From assembly GCA_002269645.1 (NCBI GenBank), contig NIVC01003124.1:54193-118192 (forward strand): a DNA stretch of 64,000 bases, written 5' to 3'. Origin of the DNA: Macrostomum lignano (taxonomy: Eukaryota). Made by a program: the position numbers and the translations under genes. Within the stretch, counting starts at the first letter, position 1. Every line of letters starts with the position of its first letter. Positions 53,301 through 64,000 of this stretch are shown piece after piece. The notes beneath the pieces were generated by a model. That model was given only the letters and a program-made list of their open reading frames with translations, searched no databases and was not told where the DNA came from.

Positions 53301-56300
53301 TGCGGCGCTAAAATGAGTGCCTGCGGCGCTAAAATGAGTGCCTGCGGCGCAAAAATGAGTGCCTGCGGTGCTAAAATGAGTGCTTGCGGTGCTAAAAAGA
53401 GTGCCTGCGGCGCTAAAATGAGTGCCAGCGGTGCTAAAATGAGTGCCTGTGGCGCTAAAATGAGTGCCTTTGGCGCTGAAATGAGTGCCTGCGGCGCTAA
53501 AATGAGTGCATGTGGCGCTAAAATGAGTGCCTGTGGCGCTGAAATGAGTGTCTGCGTCGCTAAAATGAGTGCCTGCGGCGCTAAAATGAGTGCCTGCGGT
53601 GCTAAAATGAGTGCCTGCGGTGCTAAAATGAGTGCCTGCGGTGCTAAAATGAGTGCCTGCGGTGCTAAAATGAGTGCCTGCGGTGCTAAAATGAGTGCCT
53701 GTGGCGCCAAAATGAGTGCCTGCGGCGCTAAAATGAGTGCCTGCGGCGCTAAAATGAGTGCCTGTGGCGCTAAAATGAGTGCCTGTGGCGCTGAAATGAG
53801 TGCCTGCGGTGCTAAAATGAGTGCATGTGGCGCTAAAATGAGTGCCTGCGGCGCTAAAATGAGTGCCTGCGGCGCTAAAATGAGTGCCTGCAGCGCTAAA
53901 ATGAGTGCCTGTGGCGCTGAAATGAGTGCCTGCGGCGCTAAAATGAGTACATGTGGCGCTAAAATGAGTGCCTGCGGCGCTAAAATGAGTGTCTGCGTCG
54001 CTAAAATGAGTGCCTGCGGTGCTAAAATGAGTGCCTGCGGTGCTAAAATGAGTGCCTGCGGCGCTAAAATGAGTGCCTGCGGCGCTAAAATGAGTGCCTG
54101 CGGCGCTAAAATAAGTGCATGTGGCGCTAAAATGAGTGCCTGCGGCGCTAAAATGAGTGTCTGCGTCGCTAAAATGAGTGCCTGCGGTGCTAAAATGAGT
54201 GCCTGCGGTGCTAAAATGAGTGCCTGTGGCGCTAAAATGAGTGCCTGCGGCGCTAAAATGAGTGCCTGCGGCGCTAAAATGAGTGCCTGTTGCGCTAAAA
54301 TGAGTGTCTGCGTCGCTAAAATGAGTGCCTGTGGCGCTGAAATGAGTGCCTGCGGCGCTAAAATGAGTGCATGTGGCGCTAAAATGAGTGCCTGCGGCGC
54401 TAAAATGAGTGTCTGCGTCGCTAAAATGAGTGCCTGCGGTGCTAAAATGAGTGTTTGCGGCGCTAAAATGAGTGCCTGCGGCGCAAAAATGAGTGCCTGC
54501 GGCGCTAAAATGAGTGTCTGCGTCGCTAAAATGAGTGCCTGCGGTGCTAAAATGAGTGCCTGCGGCGCTAAAATGAGTGCCTGCGGCGCAAAAATGAGTG
54601 CCTGCGGCGCTAAAATGAGTGCCTGTTGCGCTAAAATGAGTATCTGCGTCGCTAAAATGAGTGCCTGTGGCGCTAAAATGAGTGCCTGCGGCGCTAAAAT
54701 GAGTGCATGTGGCGCTAAAATGAGTGCCTGCGGCGCTAAAATGAGTGTCTGCGTCGCTAAAATGAGTGCCTGCGGCGCTAAAATGAGTGCCTGTGGCGCT
54801 AAAATGAGTGCCTGCAGCGCTAAAATGAGTGCCTGCGGCGCTAAAATGAGTGCCTGCGGCGCCAAAATGAGTGCCTGCGGTGCTAAAATGAGTGCTTGCG
54901 GTGCTAAAAAGAGTGCCTGCGGTGCTAAAATGAGTGCCTGCGGTGCTAAAATGAGTGCCTGTGGCGCTAAAATGAGTGCCTGTGGCGCTGAAATGAGTGC
55001 CTGCGGCGCTAAAATGAGTGCCTGCGGTGCTAAAATGAGTGCCTGCGTCGCTAAAATGAGTGCCTGCGGTGCTAAAATGAGTGCCTACGGCGCTAAAATG
55101 AGTGCCTGTGGCGCTAAAATGAGTGCCTCTGGCGCCAAAATGAGTGCCTGCGGTGCTAAAATGAGTGCTTGCGGTGCTAAAAAGAGTGCCTGCGGCGCTA
55201 AAATGAGTGCCTGCGGTGCTAAAATGAGTGCCTGTGGCGCTAAAATGAGTGCCTGTGGCGCTGAAATGAGTGCCTGCGGCGCTAAAATGAGTGCCTGCGG
55301 TGCTAAAATGAGTGCCTGCGGCGCTAAAATGAGTGCCTGCGGCGCTAAAATGAGTGCCTGCGGTGCTAAACTGAGTGCTTGCGGTGCTAAAATGAGTGCC
55401 TGAGGCGCTAAAATGAGTTCCTGCGGCGCTAAAATGAGTGCCTGCGGCGCTAAAATGAGTGCCTGCGGTGCTAAAATGAGTGCTTGCGGTGCTAAAATGA
55501 GTGCCTGTGGCGCTAAAATGAGTGCCTGTGGCGCTAAAATGAGTGCCTGCGGTGCTAAAATGAGTGCCTGCGGCGCTAAAATGAGTGCTTGCGGCGCTAA
55601 AATGAGTGCCTGCGGCGCTAAAATGAGTGCCTGCGGCGCTAAAATGAGTGCCTGTGGCGCTAAAATGAGTGCCTGTGGCGCTAAAATGAGTGCCTGTGGC
55701 GCTGAAATGAGTGCCTGCGGCGCTAAAATGAGTGCATGTGGCGCTAAAATGAGTGCCTGGGCGCTAAAATGAGTGCCTGCGGTGCTAAAATGAGTGCCTG
55801 CGGTGCTAAAATGAGTGCCTGCGGTGCTAAAATGAGTGCCTGCGGTGCTAAAATGAGTGCCTGCGGTGCTAAAATGAGTGCCTGTGGCGCCAAAATGAGT
55901 GCCTGCGGCGCTAAAATGAGTGCCTGTGGCGCTAAAATGAGTGCCTGTGGCGCTAAAATGAGTGCCTGTGGCGCTAAAATGAGTGCCTGTGGCGCTAAAA
56001 TGAGTGCCTGCGGCGCTAAAATGAGTGCCTGCGGCGCTAAAATGAGTGCCTGCGGTGCTAAAATGAGTGCTTGCGGTGCTAAAATGAGTGCCTGCGTCGC
56101 TAAAATGAGTGCCTGCGGTGCTAAAATGAGTGCCTACGGCGCTAAAATGAGTGCCTGTGGCGCTAAAATGAGTGCCTCTGGCGCTAAAATGAGTGCCTGT
56201 GGCGCCAAAATGAGTGCCTGCGGCGCTAAAATGAGTGCCTCCGACGCTAAAATGAGTGCCTCCGACGCTAAAATGAGTGCCTGCGTCGCTAAAATGAGTG

Positions 56301-59300
56301 CCTGCGGTGCTAAAATGAGTGCCTACGGCGCTAAAATGAGTGCCTGTGGCGCTAAAATGAGTGCCTGTGGCTAAAATGAGTGCCTGTGGCGCTAAAATGA
56401 GTGCCTGCGGCGCTAAAATGAGTGCCTCGACGCTAAAATGAGTGCCCCGACGCTAAAATGAGTGCCTCCGCGCTAAAATGAGTGCCTGCGGTGCTAAATG
56501 AGTGCCTGCGGCGCTAAAATGAGTGCCTGCGGCGCTAAAATGAGTGCCTGTTGCGCTAAAATGAGTGCTGCGTCGCTAAAATGAGTGCCTGTGGCGCTAA
56601 ATGAGTGCCTGCGGTGCTAAAATGAGTGCCTGTGGCTAAAATGAGTGCCTGCGGCGCTAAAATGAGTGCCTCCGACGCTAAAATGAGTGCCTGCGGTGCT
56701 AAAATGAGTGCCTGCGGCGCTAAAATGAGTGCCTGTGGCGCTAAAATGAGTGCCTGTGGCGCTAAAATGAGTGCCTGCGGTGGTAAAATGAGTGACTGCG
56801 GCGCTAAAATGAGTGCTTGCGGCTTTAAAATGAGTGCCTGCGTCGCTAAAATGAGTGCCTGCGGCGCTAAAATGAGTGCCTGCGGCGCTAAAATGAGTGC
56901 CTGTGCGCTGAAATGAGTGCCTGCGGCGCTAAATGAGTGCATGTGGCGCTAAAATGAGTGCCTGTGGCGCTAAAATGAGTGCCTGCGGCGCTAAAATGAG
57001 TGCCTCCGACGCTAAAATGAGTGCCTCCGACGCTAAAATGAGTGCCTGCGGCGCTAAAATGAGTGCCTCCGACGCTAAAATGAGTGCCTGCGCGCTAAAA
57101 TGAGTGCCTGTGGCGCCAAAATGAGTGCCTGCGGCGCTAAAATGAGTGCCTGCCGACTAAAATGAGTGCCTGCGGCGCTAAAATGAGTGCCTGCGGCGCT
57201 AAAATGAGTGCCTCCGACGCTAAAATGAGTGCCTGCGGCGCTAAAATGAGTGCCTGCGGCGCTAAAATGAGTGCCTCCGACGCTAAAATGAGTGCCTTTG
57301 GCGCTAAAATGAGTGCCTGCGGCGCTAAAATGAGTGCCTTTGGCGCTAAAGTGAGTGCCTGCGGTGCTAAAATGAGTGCCTCCGACGCTAAAATGAGTGC
57401 CTTTGGCGCTAAAATGAGTGCCTGCGGCGCTAAAATGAGTGCCTGTGGCGCTAAAATGAGTGCCTCTGGCGCTAAAATAAGTGCCTGTGGCGCTAAAATG
57501 AGTGCCTCTGGCGCTAAAATAGTGCCTGATGCTCAAAATGAGTGCCAGGGCGCTAAAATGAGTGCCTGCGGTGCTAAAATGAGTGCCTGTGGCGCTAAAA
57601 TGAGTCCTGCGGCGCTAAAATGAGTGCCTGCGGCGCTAAAATGAGTGCCTGCGGCGCTAAAATGAGTGCCTGCGACGCTAAAATGAGTGCCTGGCGCTAA
57701 AATGAGTGCCTGCGGCGCTAAAATGAGTGCCTGGCGCTAAAATGAGTGCCTGGCGCTAAAATGAGTGCCTGCGGCTAAAATGAGTGCCTGTGGCGCTAAA
57801 ATGAGTGCCTGCGGCGCTAAAATGAGTGCCTGTGCGCTAAAATGAGTGCCTGCGGCGCTAAAATGAGTGCCTGCGTGCTAAATGAGTGCCTGCGGCGCTA
57901 AAATGAGTGCCTGCGGTGCTAAAATGAGTGCCTGTGGCGCTAAAATGAGTGCCTGCGGCGCTAAAATGAGTGCCTGCGGCGCTAAAATGAGTGCCTGCGG
58001 TGCTAAAATGAGTGCCTGCGGTGCTAAAATGAGTGCCTGCGCCTAAAATGAGTGCCTGCGGCTAAAATGAGTGCCTACGGCGCTAAAATGAGTGCCTGCG
58101 GCGCTAAAATGAGTGCCTGCGGTGCTAAAATGAGTGCCTGCGGTGCTAAAATGAGTGCCTGCGCGCTAAAATGAGTGCCTGCGGCGCTAAAATGAGTGCC
58201 TGTGGCGCTAAAATGAGTGCCTGCGGCGCTAAAATGAGTGCCTGCGCGCTAAAATGAGTGCCTCGCGCTAAAATGAGTGCCTGCGGCGCTAAAATGAGTG
58301 CCTGCGTGGCTAAAATGAGTGCCTACGGCGCTAAAATGAGTGCCTGTGGCGCTAAAATGAGTGCCTGCGGTGCTAAAATGAGTGCCTGTGGCGCTAAAAT
58401 GAGTGCCTGCGGCGCTAAAATGAGTGCTGCGGCTAAATGAGTGCCTGCGGCGCTAAAATGAGTGCCTGCGGCGCTAAAATGAGTGCCTGCGGCGCTAAAA
58501 TGAGTGCCTGCGGCGCTAAAATGAGTGCCTGCGGCGCTAAATGAGTGCCTGGCGCTAAAATGAGTGCTGCCGTCGCTAAAATGAGTGCCTGTGGCGCTAA
58601 ATGAGTGCCTGCGGCGCTAAAATGAGTGCCTGTGCGCTAAAATGAGTGCCTGCGGCGCTAAAATGAGTGCCTGTGCGCTAAAATGAGTGCTGCGTCGCTA
58701 AAATGAGTGCCTGTGGCGCTAAATGAGTGCCTGCGGCGCTAAAATGAGTGCCTGTGGCGCTAAAATGAGTGCCTGGCGCTAAAATGAGTGCCTGCGGTGC
58801 TAAAATGAGTGCCTGCGGTGCTAAAATGAGTGCCTGCGGCGCTAAAATGAGTGCCTGCGGTGCTAAAATGAGTGCCTGCGGTGCTAAAATGAGTGCCTGT
58901 GGCGCTAAAATGAGTGCCTGCGGCGCTAAAATGAGTGCCTGTGGCGCTAAAATGAGTGCCTGTGGCGCTAAAATGAGTGCCTGTGGCGCTGAAATGAGTG
59001 CCTGCGGCGCTAAAATGAGTGCATGTGGCGCTAAAATGAGTGCCTGCGGCGCTAAAATGAGTGCCTGCGGCGCTAAAATGAGTGCCTGCGGCGCCAAAAT
59101 GAGTGCCTGCGGTGCTAAAATGAGTGCTGCGGTGCTAAAATGAGTGCCTGCGGCGCTAAATGAGTGCCTGGGTGCTAAAATGAGTGCCTGTGGCGCTAAA
59201 TGAGTGCCTGTGGCGCTAAAATGAGTGCCTGCGGCGCTAAAATGAGTGCCTGTGGCGCTAAAATGAGTGCCTGCGGCGCTAAAATGAGTGCCTGCGTCGC

Positions 59301-62300
59301 TAAAATGAGTGCCTGCGGCGCTAAAATGAGTGCCTGCGGCGCTAAAATGAGTGCCTGCGCGCTAAAATGAGTGCCTGCGGCGCTAAAATGAGTGCCTGCG
59401 GCGCTAAAATGAGTGCCTGTGCGCTAAAATGAGTGCTGCGTCGCTAAAATGAGTGCCTGTGGCGCTAAATGAGTGCCTGCGGCGCTAAAATGAGTGCATG
59501 TGGCGCTAAAATGAGTGCCTGCGGCGCTAAATGAGTGCTGCGTCGCTAAAATGAGTGCCTGCGGCGCTAAAATGAGTGCCTGTGGCGCTAAAATGAGTGC
59601 CTGCGGCGCTAAAATGAGTGCCTGCGGCGCTAAAATGAGTGCCTGCGGCGCTAAAATGAGTGCCTGCGGTGCTAAAATGAGTGCTGCGGCTAAAATGAGT
59701 GCCTGCGGCGCTAAAATGAGTGCCTGCGTGCTAAAATGAGTGCCTGTGGCTAAATGAGTGCCCGTGGCGCTAAATGAGTGCCTGCGGCGCTAAAATGAGT
59801 GCCTGTGGCGCTAAAATGAGTGCCTGCGGCGCTAAAATGAGTGCCTGCGTCGCTAAAATGAGTGCCTGCGGCGCTAAAATGAGTGCCTGCGGCGCTAAAA
59901 TGAGTGCCTGCGGGCTAAAATGAGTGCCTGCGGTGCTAAATGAGTGCCTGCGGTGCTAAAATGAGTGCCTGCGGTGCTAAATGAGTGCGTGGCGCAAAAT
60001 GAGTGCCTGCGGCGCTAAAATGAGTGCCTGTGGCGCTAAAATGAGTGCCTGCGGCGCTAAAATGAGTGCCTGCGGCGCTAAAATGAGTGCCTGCGTGCTA
60101 AAATGAGTGCCTGCGCGCTAAAATGAGTGCCTGCGGCGCTAAAATGAGTGCCTGTGCGCTAAAATGAGTGCCTGCGCGCTAAAATGAGTGCCTGTGGCGC
60201 TAAAATGAGTGCTGCGGCGCTAAAATGAGTGCATGTGGCGCTAAAATGAGTGCCTGCGGCGCTAAAATGAGTGCTGTGTCGCTAAAATGAGTGCCTGCGG
60301 CTAAAATGAGTGCCTGTGGTGCTAAAATGAGTGCCTGCGGCGCTAAAATGAGTGCCTGCGGCGCTAAAATGAGTGCCTGCGGCGCTAAAATGAGTGCCTG
60401 CGGCGCTAAAATGAGTGCCGGCGCTAAAATGAGTGCCTGCGGCGCTAAAATGAGTGCCTGTTGCGCTAAAATGAGTGTCCTGCGCGCTAAAATGAGTGCC
60501 TGTGGCGCTAAATGAGTGCCTGCGGCGCTAAAATGAGTGCATGTGGCGCTAAAATGAGTGCCTGCGGCGCTAAAATGAGTGCCTGCGCGCTAAAATGAGT
60601 GCCTGCGGTGCTAAAATGAGTGCCTGCGGCGCTAAAATGAGTGCTGCGGCGCAAAATGAGTGCCTGCGGCGCTAAAATGAGTGCCTGCGGCGCTAAAATG
60701 AGTGCCTGCGGTGCTAAAATGAGTGCCTGCGGCGCTAAAATGAGTGCCTGCGGCGCTAAAATGAGTGCCTGCGGCGCTAAAATGAGTGCCTGCGCGCTAA
60801 AATGAGTCCTGCGCGCTAAAATGAGTGCCTGTGGCGCTAAAATGAGTGCCTGGGCGCTAAAATGAGTGCCTGTGGCGCTAAATGAGTGCCTGCGGCGCTA
60901 AAATGAGTGCCTGCGGCGCTAAAATGAGTGCCTGCGGCGCTAAAATGAGTGCCTGTGGCGCTAAAATGAGTGCCTGCGCGCTAAAATGAGTGCCTGCGGC
61001 GCTAAAATGAGTGCCTGCGGCGCAAAATGAGTGCCTGCGGCGCTAAAATGAGTGCTGCGGGCTAAAATGAGTGCCTGCGGCGCTAAAATGAGTGCCTGCG
61101 GTGCTAAAATGAGTGCCTGTGGCGCTAAAATGAGTGCCTGTGGCGCTAAATGAGTGCCTGCGCGCTAAATGAGTGCCTGCGGTGCTAAAATGAGTGCCTG
61201 CGGCGCTAAAATGAGTGCCTGCGGCGCTAAAATGAGTGCCTGCGGCGCTAAAATGAGTGCCTGCGGTGCTAAAATGAGTGCCTGGCGCTAAAATGAGTGC
61301 CTGCGGCGCTAAAATGAGTGCCTGCGGCGCTAAAATGAGTGCCTGCGGCGCTAAAATGAGTGCCTTGCGGCTAAAATGAGTGCCTGTGGGCTAAAATGAG
61401 TGCCTGGGCGCTAAAATGAGTGCCTGCGGGCTAAAATGAGTGCCTGCGGCGCTAAAATGAGTGCCTGCGGCGCTAAAATGAGTGCCTGCGGCGCTAAAAT
61501 GAGTGCCTGCGGCTAAAATGAGTGCCTGTGCGCGCTAAATGAGTGCCTGTGGCGCTAAAATGAGTGCCTGTGCGCTAAAATGAGTGCCTGCGGCGCTAAA
61601 TGAGTGCTGTGCGCTAAAATGAGTGCCTGTGGCGCTAAAATGAGTGCCTGCGGCGCTAAAATGAGTGCCTGCGGCGCTAAAATGAGTGCCTGCGTGCTAA
61701 AATGAGTGCCTGCGGTGGCTAAAATGAGTGCCTGCGGGCTAAAATGAGTGCCTGTGCGCTAAAATGAGTGCCTGCGGCGCTAAAATGAGTGCCTGGCGCT
61801 AAAATGAGTGGCCTGTGGCGCTAAAATGAGTGCCTGTGGCGCTAAAATGAGTGCCTGTGGCGCTAAATGAGTGCCTGCGCGCTAAAATGAGTGCCTGTGG
61901 CGCTAAAATGAGTGCTGCGGCGCTAAAATGAGTGCCTGCGGCGCTAAAATGAGTGCCTGCGCGCTAAAATGAGTGCTCCACGCTAAAATGAGTGCCTCGC
62001 GCTAAAATGAGTGCCTGCGTCGCTAAAATGAGTGCCTGCGGTGCTAAATGAGTGCCTACGCGCTAAAATGAGTGCCTGTGGCGCTAAAATGAGTGCCTGT
62101 GGTGCTAAAATGAGTGCCTGTGCGCTAAAATGAGTGCCTGCGGCGCTAAAATGAGTGCCTCGACGCTAAAATGAGTGGCCCCGACGCTAAAATGAGTGCC
62201 TCCGACGCTAAAATGAGTGCCTGCGGTGCTAATGAGTGCCTGCGGCGCTAAAATGAGTGCCTGCGGCGCTAAAATGAGTGCCTGCGGCGCTAAAATGAGT

Positions 62301-64000
62301 GCCTGTGCGCTAAATGAGTGCTCTGCGTCGCTAAAATGAGTGCCTGTGGCGCTGAAAATGAGTGCCTGCGGTGCTAAAATGAGTGCGTGGCGCTAAATGA
62401 GTTTCCGCGGCGCTAAATGAGTGCCTCGACGCTAAAATGAGTGCCTGCGGTGCTAAAATGAGTGCCTGCGGCGCTAAAATGATGCCTGTGGCGCTAAAAT
62501 GAGTGCCTGTGGCCTAAAATGAGTGCTGCGGTGCTAAAATGAGTGCTGCGCGCTAAAATGAGTGCTGCGCTTTAAAATGAGTGCCTGGGCGCTAAAATGA
62601 GTGCCTGCGGCGCTAAAATGAGTGCCTGTGGCGCTAAATGAGTGCCTGTGGCGCTAAATGAGTGGCCTGCGCGCTAAAATGAGTGCATGTGGCGCTAAAA
62701 TGAGTGCCTGTGGCGCTAAATGATGCTGCGGTGCTAAAATGAGTGCCTGCGGTGCTAAAATGAGTGCCTCGTGCTAAAATGAGTGCCTGTGGCGCTAAAA
62801 TGAAGTGCCTGCGGCTAAAATGAGTGCCTCGCGACGCTAAAATGAGTGCCTCGACGCTAAAATAGTGCCTGCGGCGCTAATGAGTGCCTCCGACTAAAAT
62901 GAGTGCCTGCAGCGCTAAAATGAGTGCCTGTGGCGCTAAAATGAGTGCCTGCGGCGCTAAATGAGTGCCTGCCGACGCAAAATGAGTGCCTGCGGCGCTA
63001 AAATGAGTGCCTGCGGCGCTAAAATGAGTGCCTCGACGCTAAAATGAGTGCCTGCGGCGCTAAAATGAGTGCCTGCGGCGCTAAAATGAGTGCCTCCGAC
63101 GCTAAATGGTGCTTGGCGCTAAAATGAGTGCCTGCGGCGCTAAAATGAGTGCCTTTGGCGCTAAAATGAGTGCCTGCGGTGCTAAAATGAGTGCCTCGAC
63201 CTAAAATGAGTGCCTTTGCGCTAAAATGAGTGCCTGCGGCGCTAAAATGAGTGCCTTTGTGGCGCTAAAATGAGTGCCTCTGGCGCTAAATAAGTGCTGC
63301 GCGCTAATGAGTGCCTCTGGCGCTAAAATAGTGCCTGCGATGCTCAACTATGAGTGCCAGTGGCGCTAAAATGATGCCTGCGGTGCTAAAATGAGTGCCT
63401 GTGCGCTAAAATGAGTTCCTGCGGCGCTAAAATGAGTGCCTGCGCGCTAAATATGAGTGCCTGCGGCGCTAAATGAGTGCCTCCGACGCTAAAATGAGTG
63501 CCTTTGCGCAGAAATGAGTGCCTGCGGCCGCTAAAATGAGTGCTTGCGCTAAAATGAGTGGCCTTTGGGCGCTAAAATGAGTGCCTCCGACGCTAAAATG
63601 AGTGCCTGTGGCGCAAATGAGTGCTGTGGCCTGAAATGAGTGCCTGCGCGCTAAAGAGTGCATGTGGCGCTAAAATGAGTGCCTGTGGCGCTAAATGAGT
63701 GCCTGCGGTGCTAAAATGAGTGCTGCGGTGCTAAAATGAGTGCCTGCGGTGCTAAAATGAGTGCCTGTGGCGCTAAAATGAGTGCCTGCGGCGCTTAAAT
63801 GAGTGGCCTCCGACGCTAAAATGAGTGCCTCCGACGCTAAAATGAGTGCCTGCGGCGCTAAAATGAGTGCCCGCGACGCTAAAATGAGTGCCTGCAGCGT
63901 AAAATGAGTTGCCTGTGGGCTAAAATGAGTGCCTGCGCGCTAAAATGAGTGGGCCTCCGACGCCAAAATGAGTGCTGCGCGCTAAAAATGAGTGCCTGCG
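50307..64000 (+). repeat. Large 21-bp satellite array (AAAATGAGTGCCTGCGGCGCT), >13.6 kb (~650 monomers), running off the right edge
   Basis: Seen directly. The 7-codon unit has no stop in one frame on each strand, producing the KMSACGA and APQALIL ORFs. Confidence 0.98.

Noticed and set aside
50211-55403. 1730-aa ORF (KMSACGA)n and the antisense (APQALIL)n ORFs
   Set aside because: Translation of a 21-bp (7-codon) satellite that happens to lack stops in one frame. The same unit occurs in both orientations, in an intron and inside a MITE, and the frame breaks freely downstream.

Overview
This is animal (invertebrate) genomic DNA, not prokaryotic. The repeat-stuffed introns are reminiscent of a free-living flatworm such as Macrostomum, but that is inference only. 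Contents in order: (1) the 5' six coding exons of POLR3B (RPC2) on the minus strand, 120-5839, running off the left edge. (2) An ~11-kb decayed, CpG-depleted domain (~5950-16700) holding a Penelope-like RT relic, a spliced pseudogene with LOTUS/OST-HTH-like domains, and three copies of a LINE-like fragment; its mutation spectrum is dominated by CpG and CpA/TpG->TpA changes. (3) A MITE/SINE nest (17-22 kb). (4) A two-exon permuted papain-fold (PPPDE/LRAT-like) gene with a C-terminal membrane anchor. (5) A head-to-head pair of intronless Fic-domain paralogues, one with an intact catalytic loop and one with the loop replaced by acidic/hydrophobic residues. (6) A complete nine-exon nicotinic acetylcholine receptor alpha subunit gene (minus, 33160-49646, ~568 aa) whose introns mostly carry their own tandem repeats. 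(7) A >13.6-kb 21-bp satellite array to the window end, whose monomer also occurs in short arrays inside a TIR element. Most long ORFs in the supplied track are translated tandem repeats. The best candidates for new biology are the active/dead Fic pair and the RIP-like mutation domain.
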